NCBI GenBank assembly: GCA_947259075.1
Contig: CAMYKQ010000038.1
Coordinates: forward strand, 18,750 to 82,749
Source of the DNA: an uncultured Gammaproteobacteria bacterium
Lineage (GTDB): Bacteria > Pseudomonadota > Gammaproteobacteria > DRLM01
Reading direction: 5' to 3'
DNA: 64,000 nt
Notes under the pieces: generated by a model
Told to the model about the DNA's origin: nothing
Databases searched by the model: none
Seen by the model: the letters and a program-made list of their open reading frames with translations, nothing else
Shown: piece after piece, positions 22,022 through 33,603 of the stretch
How the letters are laid out: every line of letters begins with the position of its first letter
How positions within the stretch are numbered: the first letter of the stretch is position 1
Program-made: the position numbers and the translations under genes

Positions 22022-23941
22022 TTGATGATGCGGACGAGCCTGAAAAACAAGATCATGATTCCAGCCTTGGTGGTGGTCGTCGTAGGCTTGGGGGTGCTGT
22101 CGCTGGCATCGTACCGCAGTAGCAGCGAGGCCTTGTCGGCGACGATCACCGCGCAAGTGGAACAAATCGCCGAGAACCGCCGCCGTTTCATGGGCGCATG
22201 GCTCGCCGACCGCGAGCTCGATGTGAAGACCTGGAGTAATCAGCAGGTCTACCAAACCGCGGTGCAGGACAGCTTTATGGGCAAGGCCGCGCGCGCGGCG
22301 GCGAGCAATGAACTTAGCAAATTAAGGAATGAATACGGTTACTATGAATCGGTAAGCCTCGCGCTTGCCAGCGGCGAGGTCGTTGCCAGTTCGGAGCCGG
22401 CCGAGATCGGCACCGCCAATCCCCTCATGCGGGATGCGGCCACCCAAGCCGGAAACGGGCAAGTATATGTGTCCGACATATTCAAGAGCCCCAAGACCGG
22501 TAAGCCGGTTTTCGTGATCGCGGCGCCGATACGCGAGGGCGAGCGGATGGCCGGCACCCTCATCGCGGAATTGAATTTTGAGTATCTCGCGGAACAGTAC
22601 ATTTTGAGCGTCAAGGTGGGCGAATCGGGTTATGCCTATGCCGTGAACCGCCAGGGCCTGGTCGTCGCCCACCGGGAGCGGAACAAAGTCTTGACTGAAA
22701 ATCTGGCGCAGTACCCAGCCGGTAAAGCCATTTTGGCCGAAAAGAACGGTCTGCTTACCTATACCCGTGATGGCAAAGAAAACATCGAGGCCTTCCGCAC
22801 GCTGCAAGACGTGGGCTGGACTGTTGCGGTGGGTTCCGGCACTGAGGAATTATTGGCGCCGGCGCGGCGCATGGGCTATATCAATCTGGGCATTGCCGTC
22901 GTGGTGCTGCTCGCGGCGGCGGGCATCCTGGCGTGGATCGCGCAACAACTGGCGCAGCCGATTAAACACATCGCCAATCAATTGCGCGACATCGCCGAGG
23001 GTGATGGCGATCTGACCGTCACCCTCGATGCGCGCGGCGCCGACGAGGTCATTGAATTGGCGCAGGGCTTCAATAAGTTCGTCGCCAAGATCGCGGAGCT
23101 GGTGCGAGAAGCGAAGCAGACTACCGTGCAGCTCGCAGCTACAGCGGATGCGCTTTCATCCAGCACCGAACGGATCTCGGTAAATAACGGGAGCGTGGCG
23201 CGTGAATCACAAACCATGGCCGCGGCATCGATCGAGATGAGCGATACCGTGCAGGAGGTGGCGCGCAATGCGGCGCATGCCAATGAAGCATCGGAGCGCG
23301 CCAGCGTTGTGGCGCAGGACGGCTCGCGCGTGATCTCCGAGGCCTTGTCCGCGCTGCGGGAGATTGCCAGTCAAATGAAGGAGACGGGTAACAGCGTCAA
23401 GGCGCTTGAAGACAGTTTTCGCAGCATAGGCCAGGTGGTGGGGATTATCGAAGGTATTGCCGACCAAACGAATCTGCTCGCGCTCAATGCGGCGATTGAA
23501 GCGGCGCGTGCCGGTGAGTCCGGCCGGGGCTTTGCCGTGGTAGCGGATGAGGTGCGTAACCTGGCGGGAAAGACCGTCGAGGCGACCAAGGAAATCGCCC
23601 ATACCATCGATGTGACTCGCGGTCAGACCGAGCGCGCCGCCGCGGCGGCGCGGCAGGGCGAAACCTCGGTGACTAAAGGCGCGGAGCTCGGCCGCAAGGC
23701 GGAAGATGCAATCAGCGCGATCAGTTCGGAGGTGCAGGTCACGGCCAGTCAGATCAGTCAAATCGCCACGGCCACGGAACAATTGCGCATCGCCATTTTC
23801 GAAGTGGCCAATAACGCTGAGCATATCGCCGAGGGCATTAACAAAACCAAGGATGCCGTGGAGGGTATTTCCTCCACGGCAATCACCGTGGCAAACCGCG
23901 CCGATGAGTTGAGAACACTCACGGCACGCTTTAAGACATAG
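22022..23941 (+). CDS. Methyl-accepting chemotaxis protein with a periplasmic dCache-like sensor.
   Basis: TM1, a ~260-aa periplasmic domain, TM2 and HAMP. Highly conserved MCP signalling segment [34 protein letters not shown]. Confidence 0.85.
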   Translation: MMMRTSLKNKIMIPALVVVVVGLGVLSLASYRSSSEALSATITAQVEQIAENRRRFMGAWLADRELDVKTWSNQQVYQTAVQDSFMGKAARAAASNELSKLRNEYGYYESVSLALASGEVVASSEPAEIGTANPLMRDAATQAGNGQVYVSDIFKSPKTGKPVFVIAAPIREGERMAGTLIAELNFEYLAEQYILSVKVGESGYAYAVNRQGLVVAHRERNKVLTENLAQYPAGKAILAEKNGLLTYTRDGKENIEAFRTLQDVGWTVAVGSGTEELLAPARRMGYINLGIAVVVLLAAAGILAWIAQQLAQPIKHIANQLRDIAEGDGDLTVTLDARGADEVIELAQGFNKFVAKIAELVREAKQTTVQLAATADALSSSTERISVNNGSVARESQTMAAASIEMSDTVQEVARNAAHANEASERASVVAQDGSRVISEALSALREIASQMKETGNSVKALEDSFRSIGQVVGIIEGIADQTNLLALNAAIEAARAGESGRGFAVVADEVRNLAGKTVEATKEIAHTIDVTRGQTERAAAAARQGETSVTKGAELGRKAEDAISAISSEVQVTASQISQIATATEQLRIAIFEVANNAEHIAEGINKTKDAVEGISSTAITVANRADELRTLTARFKT

Positions 23942-24021
23942 GCGCTGACACGGCGGTAACGATGGTGTCGAGGGTGTCTCGTCCGTTCTCAGGTCAACAT
24001 CACTTGTAAGGAGGAAGCTAA

Positions 24022-24984
24022 ATGCGTAAGACGGTCGCTCTCATGGGCGCGCTTTTGTTGGCGGCCTTGCCCGCGATAGGCGCATTCGCCGCCGGCGTTC
24101 AAGGAAAGAAAGTACTTTATGTCGACTCATATCACGTAGGTTATGAATGGAGTGATGGCATCACGCGCGGTGTCCAAGATGGTTTGAAAGGTGCCGGCGT
24201 CGATATCAAGATCGTGCGCATGGATACCAAGCGCAACAAGGACGAGGCCTTCAAGGCGCAAGCCGGCGATAAGGTCAAAGCCATCATCGAAGAGTATAAG
24301 CCCGATGTGGTCATCCTCTCCGACGATAACGCCGTCAAATATGTGCTGGCGAAACATTACAAGGATGCCGCCTTGCCCTTCGTGTTTTGCGGCCTGAATT
24401 GGGATGCGTCTATTTATAATCTCCCCTACAAGAATACAACCGGCATGATCGAGGTCAGTTCTATAGGTGAGTTGGTGAAGATGCTGGAGAAGTTTGGCAA
24501 AGGCAACCGCATTGGCGTGTTGACTGAGGACACGGAGACCGAGCATAAAGAGACCAGCTATTACAAGAATCGCCTGGGCCTGAATTTGGTCGAGGTGTAC
24601 GCGGCCGACTTCGCCGATTGGAAAAAGAAATACAGCGAGATCCAGGATAAGGTCGATGTGCTGGTGCTGGGGAATACCGCGAGCATGACCGATTGGAACG
24701 AACAGGAGGCCAACCAATATGCCTTGGCTCATGCCAAGGTGCCCAGCGGCGCTTTGCAGGAAGGCCCGATGCCGCGCGCGATGGTAGGTTATCTCAAGGT
24801 AGCCGAGGAACAAGGGCAATGGTCCGCCGAGCAGGCATTGCGTATCTTGGCTGGCACCGCGCCCGCGAGCATCAAGGTCACCGAGAACAAGGAGGGTAAG
24901 CTCAAGGTCAATATAAAAATGACGGAGAAACTGGGTATTCTTTTGCCCTTCGAGCTGCTGCAGGGCGCGGAGATCATCAAATAA
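24022..24984 (+). CDS. Periplasmic substrate-binding protein of the COG2984 / ABC_sub_bind family.
   Basis: Signal peptide. KKVLYVDSYHVGYEWSDGITRGV...PDVVILSDDNAVKYV... is typical of this family. Confidence 0.6.
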   Translation: MRKTVALMGALLLAALPAIGAFAAGVQGKKVLYVDSYHVGYEWSDGITRGVQDGLKGAGVDIKIVRMDTKRNKDEAFKAQAGDKVKAIIEEYKPDVVILSDDNAVKYVLAKHYKDAALPFVFCGLNWDASIYNLPYKNTTGMIEVSSIGELVKMLEKFGKGNRIGVLTEDTETEHKETSYYKNRLGLNLVEVYAADFADWKKKYSEIQDKVDVLVLGNTASMTDWNEQEANQYALAHAKVPSGALQEGPMPRAMVGYLKVAEEQGQWSAEQALRILAGTAPASIKVTENKEGKLKVNIKMTEKLGILLPFELLQGAEIIK

Positions 24985-25036
24985 TTTTGCCGTCATGAGC
25001 GCAGGCCGTGATGCCGCCCAGCCGCAGCGCTAAGCG

Positions 25037-25070
25037 CGTATTAGTATTTTAGGGCGCCTCCTTCGGCGCC
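25037..25070. terminator. Bidirectional rho-independent terminator downstream of the substrate-binding-protein gene.
   Basis: ttttagggcgcc-tccttc-ggcgccctaaaatttt is a perfect 9-bp GC stem flanked by A and T tracts. Confidence 0.65.
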
Positions 25071-25505
25071 CTAAAATTTTGCGTGGAACACGGCCGCTGG
25101 ATCAGGGCGCGGTTTATTCGAAATACCCCGCGGCTTGCCGCAGGGACGTTGGCGATGGGGTTTCCAAAGGGGAGCGGCGCAGCGCTCCCCTTTGGTCGCC
25201 CGCGAGGATCCATGCCTCACGGGCGACCTAATTTGACTACGCGATCCGCGTGCAGCGCCGTCTGCAATCGCTGGGGCCGGATTGAGCCCTTGCAGCGCGG
25301 CGCGGTGTTTCTTCACCTCTCTAAAAATCGGGTATCCGGGCTGGCGCGGGATTGCGGCGCCGGTCCGCGGCGGCTTGCCCGCGTGTATGCCCGCCACCTT
25401 TTCTCCATTGTTCCCTTTCTTCAGTCCGGCGCGGGACGTTATCATAGCGGCTGCGGTTTGGTCTTATAGGCCGGCCGCCTTGCCTATTAGAAAGAAAGTG
25501 GTGGT

Positions 25506-26753
25506 ATGGATCATTTTAATTATCGCGAGGGCCGCTTGTATGCCGAAGGCGTGTCCATGAACGACATCGCCGCGCGCTACGGCACGCCGTGTTACGTGTA
25601 TTCCCGCGCCACCATTGAGCGCCACTGGCACGCCTTTGACGCCGCCTTGGCTGGGGTCGAGCATTTGGTGTGTTATGCGGTGAAGGCGAATTCAAATCTC
25701 GGCGTGCTGAATGTGCTGGCGCGGCTGGGTTCCGGTTTCGACATCGTCTCGGCGGGTGAGCTGGAGCGGGTGCTGCGCGCCGGAGGCGAGCCGGGCAAGA
25801 TCGTGTTTTCCGGCGTGGGTAAGCGCGCCGATGAATTACGCCGCGCGCTGGAGGCGGGCATCCACTGTTTTAACGTGGAATCAGAGGCGGAGCTGGAACG
25901 GCTCAATACGGTGGCGGGAGAGATGCGGCGGCGCGCGCCCGTGTCGCTGCGCGTGAACCCCGATGTCGATGCGCAGACGCATCCTTATATTTCCACCGGC
26001 TTGAAGGAAAATAAATTCGGCATCGACATCGCCCAAGCCCCGGCTATTTACGCGCGCGCCGCGCGTATGCCGCATATCGAGATCGTGGGAGTGGACTGCC
26101 ATATCGGTTCGCAGCTCACTCAGGTCGCGCCCTTCGTCGCCGCCTTGGAACGGGTGCTGGCTTTAGTTGATGAGCTCGCGGCGCAAGGCATTGCCATTAA
26201 GCATCTCGATGTCGGCGGCGGCTTGGGTATCACCTACCGCGATGAGACTCCGCCCAGTCCGGCGGCGTATGCGGGCGCTTTACTTGATCGCCTGCGCCCG
26301 CGGGGTTTGAAACTGCTGATGGAACCGGGCCGCGCCATCGTCGGCAACGCCGGGCTGTTGCTCACCCGCGTCGAATATCTCAAGCACACGCCCCATAAAA
26401 ATTTCGCCATCGTCGATGCGGCCATGAATGATTTGCTGCGTCCCGCGCTCTACGGCGCCTGGCAGGAGATCGTGCCGCTGTTGCCGCGCGCGGGCGCGGC
26501 GCGGCAGTACGATGTGGTGGGTCCGGTGTGCGAGACCGGCGATTTTCTCGGCAAGGATCGCGCGCTGTGCATCGAACCTGGTGATCTGCTGGCGGTGCGC
26601 TCGGCGGGGGCTTACGGTTTCAGTATGAGTTCCACCTATAATTCGCGGCCACGCGTGGCGGAGCTGATGGTGGATGGCGATCAAGTCTTCGTGGTGCGGG
26701 CGCGGGAGACCGTCGAGGAGTTGATGGCGGGGGAGCGTGTGCTGCCTCAATGA
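25506..26753 (+). CDS. lysA: Diaminopimelate decarboxylase.
   Basis: N-terminus MDHFNYREGRLYAEGVSMNDIAARYGTPCYVYS. PLP-binding VCYAVKAN. EPGRAIVGNAG...CESGD motifs. Confidence 0.9.
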   Translation: MDHFNYREGRLYAEGVSMNDIAARYGTPCYVYSRATIERHWHAFDAALAGVEHLVCYAVKANSNLGVLNVLARLGSGFDIVSAGELERVLRAGGEPGKIVFSGVGKRADELRRALEAGIHCFNVESEAELERLNTVAGEMRRRAPVSLRVNPDVDAQTHPYISTGLKENKFGIDIAQAPAIYARAARMPHIEIVGVDCHIGSQLTQVAPFVAALERVLALVDELAAQGIAIKHLDVGGGLGITYRDETPPSPAAYAGALLDRLRPRGLKLLMEPGRAIVGNAGLLLTRVEYLKHTPHKNFAIVDAAMNDLLRPALYGAWQEIVPLLPRAGAARQYDVVGPVCETGDFLGKDRALCIEPGDLLAVRSAGAYGFSMSSTYNSRPRVAELMVDGDQVFVVRARETVEELMAGERVLPQ

Positions 26754-26932
26754 GGCGCACGCTGTCCGCGCGCGCTGATCTTGCCGCCTTGCCATCTTCG
26801 AGTGGGGCAAGATCGGTGTCGCTGCCTGGGTGAGAGGGAAATCCAGATTATTTTTTAAAGCCGAAGCGCGGCGGCTATTTCCCGTCTTTTTGAGCAGTGG
26901 GCGCATAACGCCGGCGTGCCGGCACAAGGCGG

Positions 26933-27655
26933 GTGGTTTTTGATGACACGGTGCATAAGCGAGCGTGTTCGCACAGCGGGGGAGCGGTGATGCAACGGGA
27001 GCCGGAGGCGGAGTTGATGAACGGCGCGGCGCAGGCCGCCGCGTACGCGCATGCGGATTTTGCCGAGGCGCATTCCCGTTTCATCACGCTTTTTCAAGAG
27101 GACTTTCCCGCGGAAGAGATCAGCGGCACGGTGCTGGATTTAGGCTGCGGCCCCGCCGATATTTCCGTGCGGTTCGCCCGCGCCTATCCGCGTTGCGTGG
27201 TGCATGGCGTGGACGGCGCGGCGGCGATGCTGGCGCACGGCCGCGCGCGTTTGCAGCACGAGGGTTTCGAGCGGCGGGTGCGTTTGTTTCACGGCTATTT
27301 GCCGGGCGCTGAATTGCCGCTCGATCTTTACGACGCGGTGATCAGCAACAGTCTGTTGCATCATCTGCATGATCCCGCCGTTATGTGGGCGGCGGTGCGC
27401 GATTACGCTAAGCCCGGCGCGCCAATCCTGGTGATGGACCTGCTGCGCCCGGACAGTCACGCGGCGGCGCAGGCCTTGGTGGATCACTATGCCGCCGCTG
27501 AGCCGGAAATCTTGCAGTATGATTTTTTTCATTCGCTGCTGGCGGCCTATGAAATTGGCGAGGTGCGGCAGCAGTTGCGGGACGCGGGTTTGACGAAGCT
27601 GCGAGTGCGCCAGGTTTCCGATCGTCATTTCTGCGTGAGCGGGCGCGCCGCTTGA
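26933..27655 (+). CDS. Class I SAM-dependent methyltransferase (true start probably the internal Met near 26990).
   Basis: Motif I VLDLGCGPADISVRFA. Confidence 0.6.
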   Translation: MVFDDTVHKRACSHSGGAVMQREPEAELMNGAAQAAAYAHADFAEAHSRFITLFQEDFPAEEISGTVLDLGCGPADISVRFARAYPRCVVHGVDGAAAMLAHGRARLQHEGFERRVRLFHGYLPGAELPLDLYDAVISNSLLHHLHDPAVMWAAVRDYAKPGAPILVMDLLRPDSHAAAQALVDHYAAAEPEILQYDFFHSLLAAYEIGEVRQQLRDAGLTKLRVRQVSDRHFCVSGRAA

Positions 27656-27714
27656 GGCTGATGCGCGCGGCCCCGTTTTATCAAAACACTTTGGCGATAG
27701 TGGAGGGGCGCGCG

Positions 27715-28185
27715 CTATATTTCACCGGCGCCGGCGAAGTCGCGTTGCCGCCAGGCTTCATAAAGAATAATCGCCACCGCGTTGGAGAGATTCAGGCTGC
27801 GGTTGTTGGGCAGCATGGGAATGCGCAGGCGTTGCTCGGGAGGGACGGCGTTGATGAGCTCCATGGGCAGGCCGCGGGTTTCGGGGCCGAAGACTAAGGC
27901 GTCGCCCGCTGCGTAACGCGCGTCGCTGTAGCGGGTGCGGCCGCGGGTGGAGCAAGTGAATAGGCGTTGCGGTTGCGCTGCGAGAATGAAATCGTCGAAA
28001 CGTTCGTGTACTTGCATCCGCGCGAATTCGCGGTAATCCAAACCGGCGCGGCGCATGCGGCTGTCATCGAGCTCGAATCCCAGGGGGCGGATTAGATGCA
28101 GGGTGGCGCCGCTGTTGGCGCAGAGGCGGATGATGTTGCCGGTGTTGGGCGGTATTTCCGGTTGATAGAGTACGATGTGAAACAT
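27715..28185 (-). CDS. trmL: tRNA (cytidine/uridine-2'-O)-methyltransferase TrmL (SpoU-TrmD fold).
   Basis: MFHIVLYQPEIPPNTGNIIRLCANSGATLHLIRPLGF matches YibK/TrmL. Confidence 0.8.
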   Translation of the reverse strand: MFHIVLYQPEIPPNTGNIIRLCANSGATLHLIRPLGFELDDSRMRRAGLDYREFARMQVHERFDDFILAAQPQRLFTCSTRGRTRYSDARYAAGDALVFGPETRGLPMELINAVPPEQRLRIPMLPNNRSLNLSNAVAIILYEAWRQRDFAGAGEI

Positions 28186-28357
28186 GGGCTCCATTATGAG
28201 CTAGCCGAGGCGATGAGGCACGGGAAAATAATTCATCGCGCCTGTTGGCGTGTTTGCCGCGGGGAATGACGGGCGCGGGATTTACCCCCAACTTTCGTGA
28301 TCGCGGCATTCGGCGCGTCCTTGCGCCGCACGCAAGCGCTAATAAATCAGCGCTTCC

Positions 28358-29782
28358 TCAATCGTCGTTTTCTTCGCCATCGCCGTCTCCCATGCCCAGT
28401 TCCTTGATCTTGCGGGTGAGGGTATTGCGGCCCCAGCCTAAGAGTTTGGCGGCGTCTTGGCGGCGGCCGCCGGTGTGTTTGAGCGCGGTGTCGATCATGA
28501 TACGTTCGAAGGCGGGCGTGGCGCTGTCGAGCAGTTTGCTGTCACCGGCATTCAGCCGTTGCTCGGCCCATTGTTTCAAACCGTCTTCCCAGCTTGCGCC
28601 GCCGGCGGCGCCCGGGGTGTGAGTTTTCAATTCGGGCGGTAAGTCTTCCACATGGATTTCACTGCCCGAGGCCATGACCGTGAGCCAGCGGCAGGTGTTT
28701 TCCAGTTGACGCACATTGCCGGGCCAGTCGAGGCGGCTTAAATAATCCGCCACCTCGGGGCGCAGGGTTTTCGCCTCCATGTCCAATTCCACCGCGGCGC
28801 GTTTGAGGAAGTGGCGGGTGAGTATCGCGATGTCTTCGCGCCGCTCACGCAGCGAGGGGATGTGGATGCGGATGACGTTGAGACGATGAAATAAGTCCTC
28901 GCGGAACAGGCCGGCTTGCACCCGCTCCTCAAGATTTTGATGGGTGGCGGCGATGATGCGCACGTCGACTTTGATCGGCGTTTGGCCGCCGACGCGATAG
29001 AACTCGCCGTCGGCGAGGACGCGCAGTAAACGGGTTTGGCACTCGGGCGGCATGTCGCCGATTTCGTCGAGAAACAGCGTGCCGCCGTCGGCCTGCTCGA
29101 AGCGGCCGCGGCGCGCGGCGGTGGCGCCGGTGAAGGCACCGCGTTCATGGCCGAACAGTTCCGATTCCAACAGGTCGCGGGGAATGGCCGCGGTGTTGAG
29201 GGCGATGAAGGGTTTGTCGGCGCGCGGGCTGTGACGGTGCAGGGCGTGGGCCACTAATTCCTTGCCGGTGCCCGACTCGCCGTTGATGAGTACGGTGATG
29301 TTGGAGCGCGACAGGCGACCGATGGCGCGAAACACTTCTTGCATCGCCGGGGCTTCGCCGATGATTTCGGTGGGCTTGCTGTCGGCGTCATTGGCGGGCG
29401 CGGTGCGGCGTTTGTGCTGGTTGATGGCGCGACGCGCCAAATCCACCGCGTCGTCGACGTCGAAGGGTTTGGGCATGTATTCGAAGGCGCCGCCTTGATA
29501 GGCGGAGACCGCGCTGTCCAAATCGGAATGGGCGGTCATGATGATGACCGGCAATTCGGGGTGGCGGTCGTGTATGGAATCGAGCAGCGCCAAGCCGTCC
29601 ATGCCCGGCATGCGGATGTCGGTGATGATGGCGTCGGGCGGGGTGCGGTCCAGCGCCTCCAGCACGCCGGCGGCGCTGTCGAAGGAGGTGACCTCCATGT
29701 CGGCTTGGCGCAGCGCTTTTTCCAAGACCCAGCGGATGGAGCGGTCGTCGTCGATGACAAAGATGTGATTACTGCTGTTCAT
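28358..29782 (-). CDS. ntrC: Nitrogen regulation sigma54-dependent response regulator NtrC.
   Basis: REC domain (IITDIRMPGMDG). AAA+ sigma54-interaction domain (GESGTGKELVAHALH, GAFTGA). C-terminal Fis-type HTH. Lies downstream of ntrB and glnA. Confidence 0.85.
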   Translation of the reverse strand: MNSSNHIFVIDDDRSIRWVLEKALRQADMEVTSFDSAAGVLEALDRTPPDAIITDIRMPGMDGLALLDSIHDRHPELPVIIMTAHSDLDSAVSAYQGGAFEYMPKPFDVDDAVDLARRAINQHKRRTAPANDADSKPTEIIGEAPAMQEVFRAIGRLSRSNITVLINGESGTGKELVAHALHRHSPRADKPFIALNTAAIPRDLLESELFGHERGAFTGATAARRGRFEQADGGTLFLDEIGDMPPECQTRLLRVLADGEFYRVGGQTPIKVDVRIIAATHQNLEERVQAGLFREDLFHRLNVIRIHIPSLRERREDIAILTRHFLKRAAVELDMEAKTLRPEVADYLSRLDWPGNVRQLENTCRWLTVMASGSEIHVEDLPPELKTHTPGAAGGASWEDGLKQWAEQRLNAGDSKLLDSATPAFERIMIDTALKHTGGRRQDAAKLLGWGRNTLTRKIKELGMGDGDGEENDD

Positions 29783-30854
29783 GATGGGTCTCTAGCGGTA
29801 GAAAAATGGTGAAGGCGGTCTTGCCCGGCTGGCTGCTGCACTCGATCAGGCCGTGGTGTTGATTGACCAAGGCTTGAGCGATGGGCAGGCCCAGCCCGGT
29901 GCCATCGGCGCGGGTGGTGACCATGGGAAAGAAAATATTTTCCAGCATATCCGGCGCGATGCCGGGGCCGTTGTCGATGACGTCGATGCGTATGCTCAGT
30001 TTGTGCAGTTGATGCCCCAGCGTGACCTGGCGCACGGTACGGGTGCGCAGAATGATTTGACCCTCTTGCCCCACCGCCTGCAGCGCGTTGCGCACGATAT
30101 TGAGCAGCGCTTGGATGAGTTGATCGGGGTCGGCGCTGAACTCCGGGATGCTGGGGTCGTAGTCACGCACGATGCGCACCCCGGGCGGCGCCTCGGCGGC
30201 GGTGAGGGTGCGTACCCGTTCGATGACTTGATGGATATTGATGTTGCGCTGGTGTGGCAATGCGTTGGGGCCGAGCATGCGGTTGAGCAGGTTTTGCAGG
30301 CGGTCGGCCTCGCCGATGATGATGCCGGTGTATTCCTTGAGCGCCTCGTTGTGCAGTTCGCGTTCTAATAGTTGCGCCGCGCCGCGCAAGCCACCCAAGG
30401 GATTTTTGATCTCATGGGCGAGGCCGCGTACCAAGGCGCGGCTGGCTTGGTGCTGCGCCAGCAGGTTTTCCTCGCGCAGGATGCGGCGCTGGCGGTCCAC
30501 CCGCTGTAATTCCATGAGCAGTTCGCTGGGCTGGTGGGCCTCCTGCAAGGGGGTGACGGTGCAGTCGGCGGTGAGGTGGCGGCCGTTGGCCAGCATCAAG
30601 CTGACTTCCCGCTCGGTGAACGGATGGCCGGAACGCAGCGTTTGCAGGCAGGACCTCACCAGTTCGTGTTCGCCCGACAGTAAGTCTTTCAAGTTCACGC
30701 CCCGCACTTGCCGGGCGCTCGCCGCTAGCAGCACTTCGGCCGCGGGATTGAGGTAGGTCAGATTCAGCTGGCGGTCGAATAGCAGGACCGCCAAATTGAG
30801 ATTGTCCAAAATGCGTCGCGGAATATCCATTTCCTGGGCACTTAATTGCGTCAT
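29769..30854 (-). CDS. ntrB: Nitrogen regulation sensor kinase NtrB (NRII).
   Basis: N-terminal PAS LDNLNLAVLLFDRQLNLTYLNPAAEVLL. H-box LAHEIKNPLGGLRGAAQLLE. HATPase. Confidence 0.85.
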   Translation of the reverse strand: MTQLSAQEMDIPRRILDNLNLAVLLFDRQLNLTYLNPAAEVLLAASARQVRGVNLKDLLSGEHELVRSCLQTLRSGHPFTEREVSLMLANGRHLTADCTVTPLQEAHQPSELLMELQRVDRQRRILREENLLAQHQASRALVRGLAHEIKNPLGGLRGAAQLLERELHNEALKEYTGIIIGEADRLQNLLNRMLGPNALPHQRNINIHQVIERVRTLTAAEAPPGVRIVRDYDPSIPEFSADPDQLIQALLNIVRNALQAVGQEGQIILRTRTVRQVTLGHQLHKLSIRIDVIDNGPGIAPDMLENIFFPMVTTRADGTGLGLPIAQALVNQHHGLIECSSQPGKTAFTIFLPLETHHEQQ

Positions 30855-31107
30855 ACAAGACCTTTAGCAAGAACTAAACCAAGCGGCGCGAGCTTGTGCA
30901 TGGCTACGCTGCCTTGCGCGTTCGTTTTTCGTCTGAGTAGGCGTTTCAGCAGCTTACCGTGTTGTCAGTCTGCTTTAGAACGGTGCGGGAGGCGGGCCGC
31001 CGCCGCTTGGGCGCGCAGACCACTGGGTGAGCATAGCCGAATTGGAGCGTGCCCGCACCCAATTGGTGCGCTCATGGCCCGTGCCCACTGCAGCAGGTGC
31101 GGCGGGT

Positions 31108-31629
31108 TTACTTGAGTCCGCTGACGCGGTGTAAATGGAAGGTGACGGTGGGGGAGGAGATCAGGCTTTCTCCCTGCTTGGAGAGGATGCTGGCATAGAG
31201 GGTGTGGCTGCCCCTGTCGATGTTGTTGAGGGTGGCGCTGGCGCCGGTTTCTTCGGCAACGAGGTGGCCGTCGAGATAGACCGCGATGGTGTGCCCCGCG
31301 TCTATGAGCAGGCCGGGATTAACGCTGACGGTGATGGCGACGGTGCCGGTGTTGTCGCGTACCGTGCCGTCCTGCGTTGGGCTGGTGATGTCGATGCTCT
31401 GGTAATAGTTTTTCTTCTCGGCCTTATCCGGACTGGGGGGTGTGTCCGTGACGGCGGGTGGCGGGGGCGCGGGGATGAGCTGAATAGGAGGTAGTTCAGC
31501 CGGCGTGGCGTCCACCGCGGGCGGTCGGTCGGAATAAATGACCGTGCCATCGGGCAATACGGTTTTATAGACCGCGGCGGTGGCCGAGGCGGAGAGGCAG
31601 ATTAACAAAAAGATAAATGGCAGTTTCAT
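31108..31629 (-). CDS. DUF4124-like secreted proline-rich protein between glnA and ntrB.
   Basis: Signal peptide MKLPFIFLLICLSASATA. VYKTVLPDGTVIYSDRPP DUF4124 motif followed by a Pro-rich linker. Confidence 0.55.
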   Translation of the reverse strand: MKLPFIFLLICLSASATAAVYKTVLPDGTVIYSDRPPAVDATPAELPPIQLIPAPPPPAVTDTPPSPDKAEKKNYYQSIDITSPTQDGTVRDNTGTVAITVSVNPGLLIDAGHTIAVYLDGHLVAEETGASATLNNIDRGSHTLYASILSKQGESLISSPTVTFHLHRVSGLK

Positions 31630-31734
31630 GTGTGGCGCCTTTTGCCATCTTTGTAGCCTGCCGGCGCGGTGCTTGTCAAAAAAAACGCCCCTGGGCGTGA
31701 ACACCAGGGGCGTTTTTGGTTTTGCGCAGCGCTG

Positions 31735-33144
<1,410 letters not shown>

Positions 33145-33235
33145 GTTGAGAGCTCCTCCAGCAGGTGCAATAAATAATTTCAGTAAACTAGCCGCGTCGT
33201 TCGAAGCGGCGCCAAAAACATTGAGTGTCTAGTCA

Positions 33236-33251
33236 GGCATTAAGCATGCCA
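33236..33251 (-). promoter_or_regulatory. Candidate sigma54 (-24/-12) promoter of glnA.
   Basis: The minus strand reads TGGCATG-CTTA-ATGCC (consensus TGGCACG-N4-TTGCW; two mismatches). About 90 nt upstream of the glnA ATG. Confidence 0.35.
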
Positions 33252-33346
33252 CGATAAAAACTGTCTGATAGGACATGGATTTTAGTTGTTGTCGGTCGGA
33301 TACAGGCGGGGTTTGCGCTCGATTGTAGTGCGTCTTTGCGAGGTTT

Positions 33347-33363
33347 TGCACCATCCGGGCGCA
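33347..33363. promoter_or_regulatory. Candidate NtrC-binding palindrome upstream of glnA.
   Basis: TGCACCATCCGGGCGCA versus consensus TGCACC-N5-GGTGCA (1 mismatch). About 100 nt upstream of the putative sigma54 promoter. Confidence 0.4.
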
Positions 33364-33366
33364 AGC

Positions 33367-33603
33367 TTAGGCCGAATCTTTCGCGATCTTTATGGTGATG
33401 ATCACTTCCTTATCGATATTCTGTGTATCCAGTACGCTGTGGCCGTTGATTCTGCACCACGCGGGGATATCACTCAAGGCCCCTGGGTCGGTGCAGATTA
33501 CCTTGAGGGTATCGCCGTCCGCAAGAGTCTGGGCTTTACTCTGCACGCGGATGACGGGCAGGGGGCAAAGGAGGTTGCGGGCATCTAAAGTGTGTTCGCT
33601 CAT
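33367..33603 (-). CDS. tusA: TusA-family sulfur carrier protein.
   Basis: LDARNLLCPLPVIRV contains the CPxP active-site motif; ~78 aa. Confidence 0.75.
   Translation of the reverse strand: MSEHTLDARNLLCPLPVIRVQSKAQTLADGDTLKVICTDPGALSDIPAWCRINGHSVLDTQNIDKEVIITIKIAKDSA

Noticed and set aside
25083-25560. ORFs of 128 and 92 aa in the lysA upstream spacer.
   Set aside because: Their composition reflects the palindromic GC-rich hairpins, with no start context. More likely structured non-coding DNA.
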